The notes beneath the pieces are model-generated. The model was not told the origin of the DNA and did no database searches. It was given only the letters and a program-made list of their open reading frames with translations. The position numbers and the translations under genes were made by a program. DNA of 62,523 nt, filler included, from Neophaeotheca triangularis (taxonomy: Eukaryota), in assembly GCA_054600435.1 (NCBI GenBank). It is 8 parts of 8 records of this genome, joined end to end, with 100 filler letters (N's around TTAATTAATTAA, not from the genome) between each part and the next. Parts side by side here need not be neighbours in the genome. Positions count along the whole stretch, not along the records: positions 58,426 to 62,523 come from BAAIJX010000133.1; 7 more parts are not named here. One strand, given 5' to 3'. Below, piece after piece: positions 59,366 to 62,523 of the stretch. How positions within the stretch are numbered: position 1 is the stretch's first letter; every line of letters begins with the position of its first letter.

Positions 59366-60621
59366 TCACCTCGCCTCCGAATACCGATCCATGAGACTAA
59401 AAACCCTTGAATTCGGCACATGACAATCCCTCCCATCCCCACACCCCAGCTCCTCCTCGAGCTCGAAGCCCAAATCCGCCTTGTAAGTTCTGATAGCGCT
59501 GGCGGCGGCGTAGCACGACGAAGTGCCCGTTTCCGTGATATCGGGCGGCGACGGTTGGGGTTTGTAATCTGGTTCTAGGGGGTTGGGGGCTGTTTGAGGG
59601 AGATTTGGATGCGAGTAGGTTTCGGGCCAGATTGGGAGGGGTTGGTTGTAGGTGTTGGTGGGGTCGGGGTTGTGGTAGGGGTAGTGGTGGTTGTGGTCGG
59701 GGGGTTGGTAGGTTGAGTTGTAGGTTGAGTTGTAGTCCGGGTAGGTATAAAAGGAGAGGTGGGGCATTGCGGGTGGTTCGTGATGTGGGGGATGTTGCGG
59801 CTGCTGCTGCTGTAATTGTGGTTGTGGTTGTGGTTGTGATTGTGATTGTATTGGACCGGGCTGTGTTCGTGGTGTCGAATGTATCTGTGGTGTTGTGACT
59901 CCACCAGGCGAACTCGAATGCGAACTGGAGTATCGCGCGGCGGCACTGCCGTTGCTAAAGACTGCTGACTGCGGCGATTCGATGGTTGAAGACCGCTGAT
60001 TCGGAACCAGATTCGCCGTGGCCAGAGGGTGCAAGCTCGCAGGCGACTCCACCGGCATGCCCATAAGCCTAGCCTCGTCACCCGCATTCGCACTCCCGCT
60101 CGCGCTCCTCCCCCTCCCGTCTTTGCTCCCGGCTCCAGGACCACAACTCCCAGCCCCAACCCCAGGACCGCAACCCCCAGACCCAGACCCAGAGCCAGAC
60201 CCACACGCCTTCTTCACCCCCAGCATACCCTCCAACTGCCCGGCAACGGCACTCACACTGCCCGCACCCATCTCCTCCCCATTGCCAAGCGCCTCAATCT
60301 CCGCATCCCCAACCCCATGCTCCTTCAACAGCTGTTTCAACCGACGATTCTCCGCGACAACTCTTCTAGCAGCCGCCTGTATTTCCGCCGAAGCCTCTAC
60401 GCCCGTCTGCTCGCAAACACGATATTTGTTCTCCAACTCGGAGAGGTATTCTTTACGGCGAGCGCGGGAGCGGCGCTGGTTGTCGCGGATGCGGGCGAGG
60501 TTGGAAGTCTTCTGCAATCCATTGTTAGATTCCCCAGAGGCTTGCTGAGTTGACGAGAGAGGGTAGTGGAAGGGCGGCTTACTATTGCATGTTCTTGATC
60601 GGAAGACATGGCTACGGACAT
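59366..60621 (-). CDS. bZIP-type transcription factor, 2 exons
   Basis: Exon 1 60621-60583, intron 60512-60582, then KTSNLARIRDNQRRSRARRKEYLSELE..IQAAARRVVAENRRLKQLL; C-terminal SSCYAAA..LGC..DCHVPN motif. Confidence 0.9.
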
Positions 60622-60749
60622 GACGTTGATGGTGTTTCCACTTTCGGGTGGATGCTTGCTCGCTTCCAATTGATTTGATGACGAGAGTCTCGGCTTGGCA
60701 CTGCGGGAAAAGTGCAAGGTAATGAGTGTGTGGGAGAGAGGGAGAGTGG

Positions 60750-60752
<3 letters not shown>

Positions 60753-60793
<41 letters not shown>

Positions 60794-61733
60794 GTGTTAG
60801 GAAGTAAAGCAAAGGGTACAGTGGCATGTAGTTGTCCAAGTGCGAACGACTACCTAGCTAATGGTAAAGAGCAAGACAGCCTCGACCCCCCATGAATTAC
60901 TTGATGTGGTCAAGTCGATCAACCTTTCCACCTACCGTACCTACCTAATAAGTCCTACCTTGCCTTACATTAACTCCAGGTGCAGTCCGGGCTTCGGCAA
61001 GAGAAGAAACCTAACCCAACATAACATACATAGTAACCTACTTGTAGCATGTGGTAAACGGGAAAACCACGTAAACCCAACCCAAACCAACACTCATGGC
61101 TGCAGCTGGCCCGATCAGCCATGACGACGAGCACTGACGACGGGCCTTCCAACATCAAAAAGGCAGCTCAACTGGCGACTAGAGAGTAACGTTAACGGTA
61201 GAGACTAACATCCCTCCTCTCCCATCAAACTTCTGCCAAACAAAACCCACTTCCTCCCCCTTCCCCTCCCCTCCGCCCTCCCAAAACTAACCCCTTCACC
61301 AATCAAACCGCCGAACCCAAATCCGATGCCGACCCCAAAGGCAAGCCGAAGCGGGAACAGTAGTAGTAGTGACTAGTAAAAGGTAGCTACCTACCTAGTC
61401 TCTCCTGCCCGCCAAAAAAACCCCTTCCCTTCCCCCGTCCGTCACCTTCAACTCCAGCCCGAAGACGACCTCGAGAAACCCCCAGCGCCCCGCCGTCATA
61501 CCTCCGATTTGGCGTCACGCGCACCCGTTCACGTAAAGTACCTACCGTCCATCCTCAAGTTACAAGACTCAGCATACATTGTCGTCCCAAACTCACCCAA
61601 GCGTGGCCGAGGGGGGCGTCGAAAAGCAAGGGCAAAACCCCGAAACGTGATTAATAAGCAAGTCGGTAGTGTGAGAGACGGGACACCTAAACAACAGCAA
61701 CAACAGAACGAAAGGTATAGAGAGAGACGGAGA

Positions 61734-61764
<31 letters not shown>

Positions 61765-61880
61765 AAGGTCTAGACCTCCCCCAACCCGAGGCCGCGGACC
61801 TGGGATGATGGATGGGTACGTACACATAACCGTCGCGACAGCCACACAACAGCCACACACACACCGTACTGTACAGTAGT

Positions 61881-61921
<41 letters not shown>
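60753..61921. repeat. Microsatellites upstream of the bZIP gene
   Basis: (GA)n at 60753-60789 and ~61741-61763; (GTA)n at 61876-61921. Confidence 0.85.
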
Positions 61922-62523
61922 CCTTATTAGACATCCCAGCCAAAGCCTATCTGAAGTGTTCAAGCTTTGCCCGTGCGCAGGAGGTACTTATTACTATACG
62001 ACAGACCTTGGTTGTTATTACATACATAGCCCCGGAGAAGTCCCTACTTTTTATTATTATTGCTATATGTTTTGGGAGATTTCGCAGCGAGGTGGGCGGG
62101 GGAAGCCGCGAGCGGGAGGATTTGGATGCAGTGGCGGGCGGGCAGCTTCGTATAGACTTTCGGGGACGCGCACGACACGACGCGCTGTCTGGACTACCGA
62201 GACTACTCACTCCAAGGGGGAACGTTTGTCGTGTTTGTTGGCTTCTAAACTTCCATCTTCTCACTCTTCTCACTCGAGTGCTCGATCTCGTGTTCAATGC
62301 TCTCTGTGTTGGCTGTAGACCGGCATGATGAGAGCAAGCGTGTAGTTGTGGCGGGGTTTGAGATTGGCAAGGCAACTACAACTACAACTACTGCCAGGTC
62401 GGGTTGGGTGAAATGGTATTACTACAACTAACTAGCTGGCAAACGACGAATGGTATATCCCACCGACCAAACACCATGCGCCCTGAGGCAAAACCAAAAA
62501 TGAAAAGAGAAAAGAACCCCCCC

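Overview
Filamentous ascomycete (Pezizomycotina) draft-assembly DNA. It is 8 unlinked contigs joined by artificial 100-nt N/TTAATTAATTAA/N spacers (contigs: 1-13450, 13551-24857, 24958-34881, 34982-44600, 44701-49552, 49653-54069, 54170-58325, 58426-62523). Three contigs carry (TTAGGG)n telomeres. Ordinary content: a subtelomeric MAL cluster (GH13 alpha-glucosidase, maltose permease, Zn2Cys6 activator), a GST, two RIP-killed chromodomain Ty3/Gypsy copies, an RRM+YTH gene, a dynamin-family GTPase, a LAC12/CDT-like sugar porter and a bZIP factor. Two things stand out. (1) AT-rich, CpA/TpG-purged subtelomeric DNA that looks RIP-dead still holds intact reading frames. One is a 525-codon telomere-truncated frame with tyrosine-recombinase-like motifs, no Gln or Trp, and only two His codons, both in the RH/GH motifs. 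At another telomere there are two intact spliced Gln/Trp-free genes whose introns all use TAG acceptors. Together these suggest RIP-adapted telomere-linked elements. (2) A compact, un-RIPped four-gene cassette directly behind a telomere, centred on a head-to-head SNF2 ATPase / Ulp1-type protease pair. All translations and splice models were done by hand; no database searches were run.
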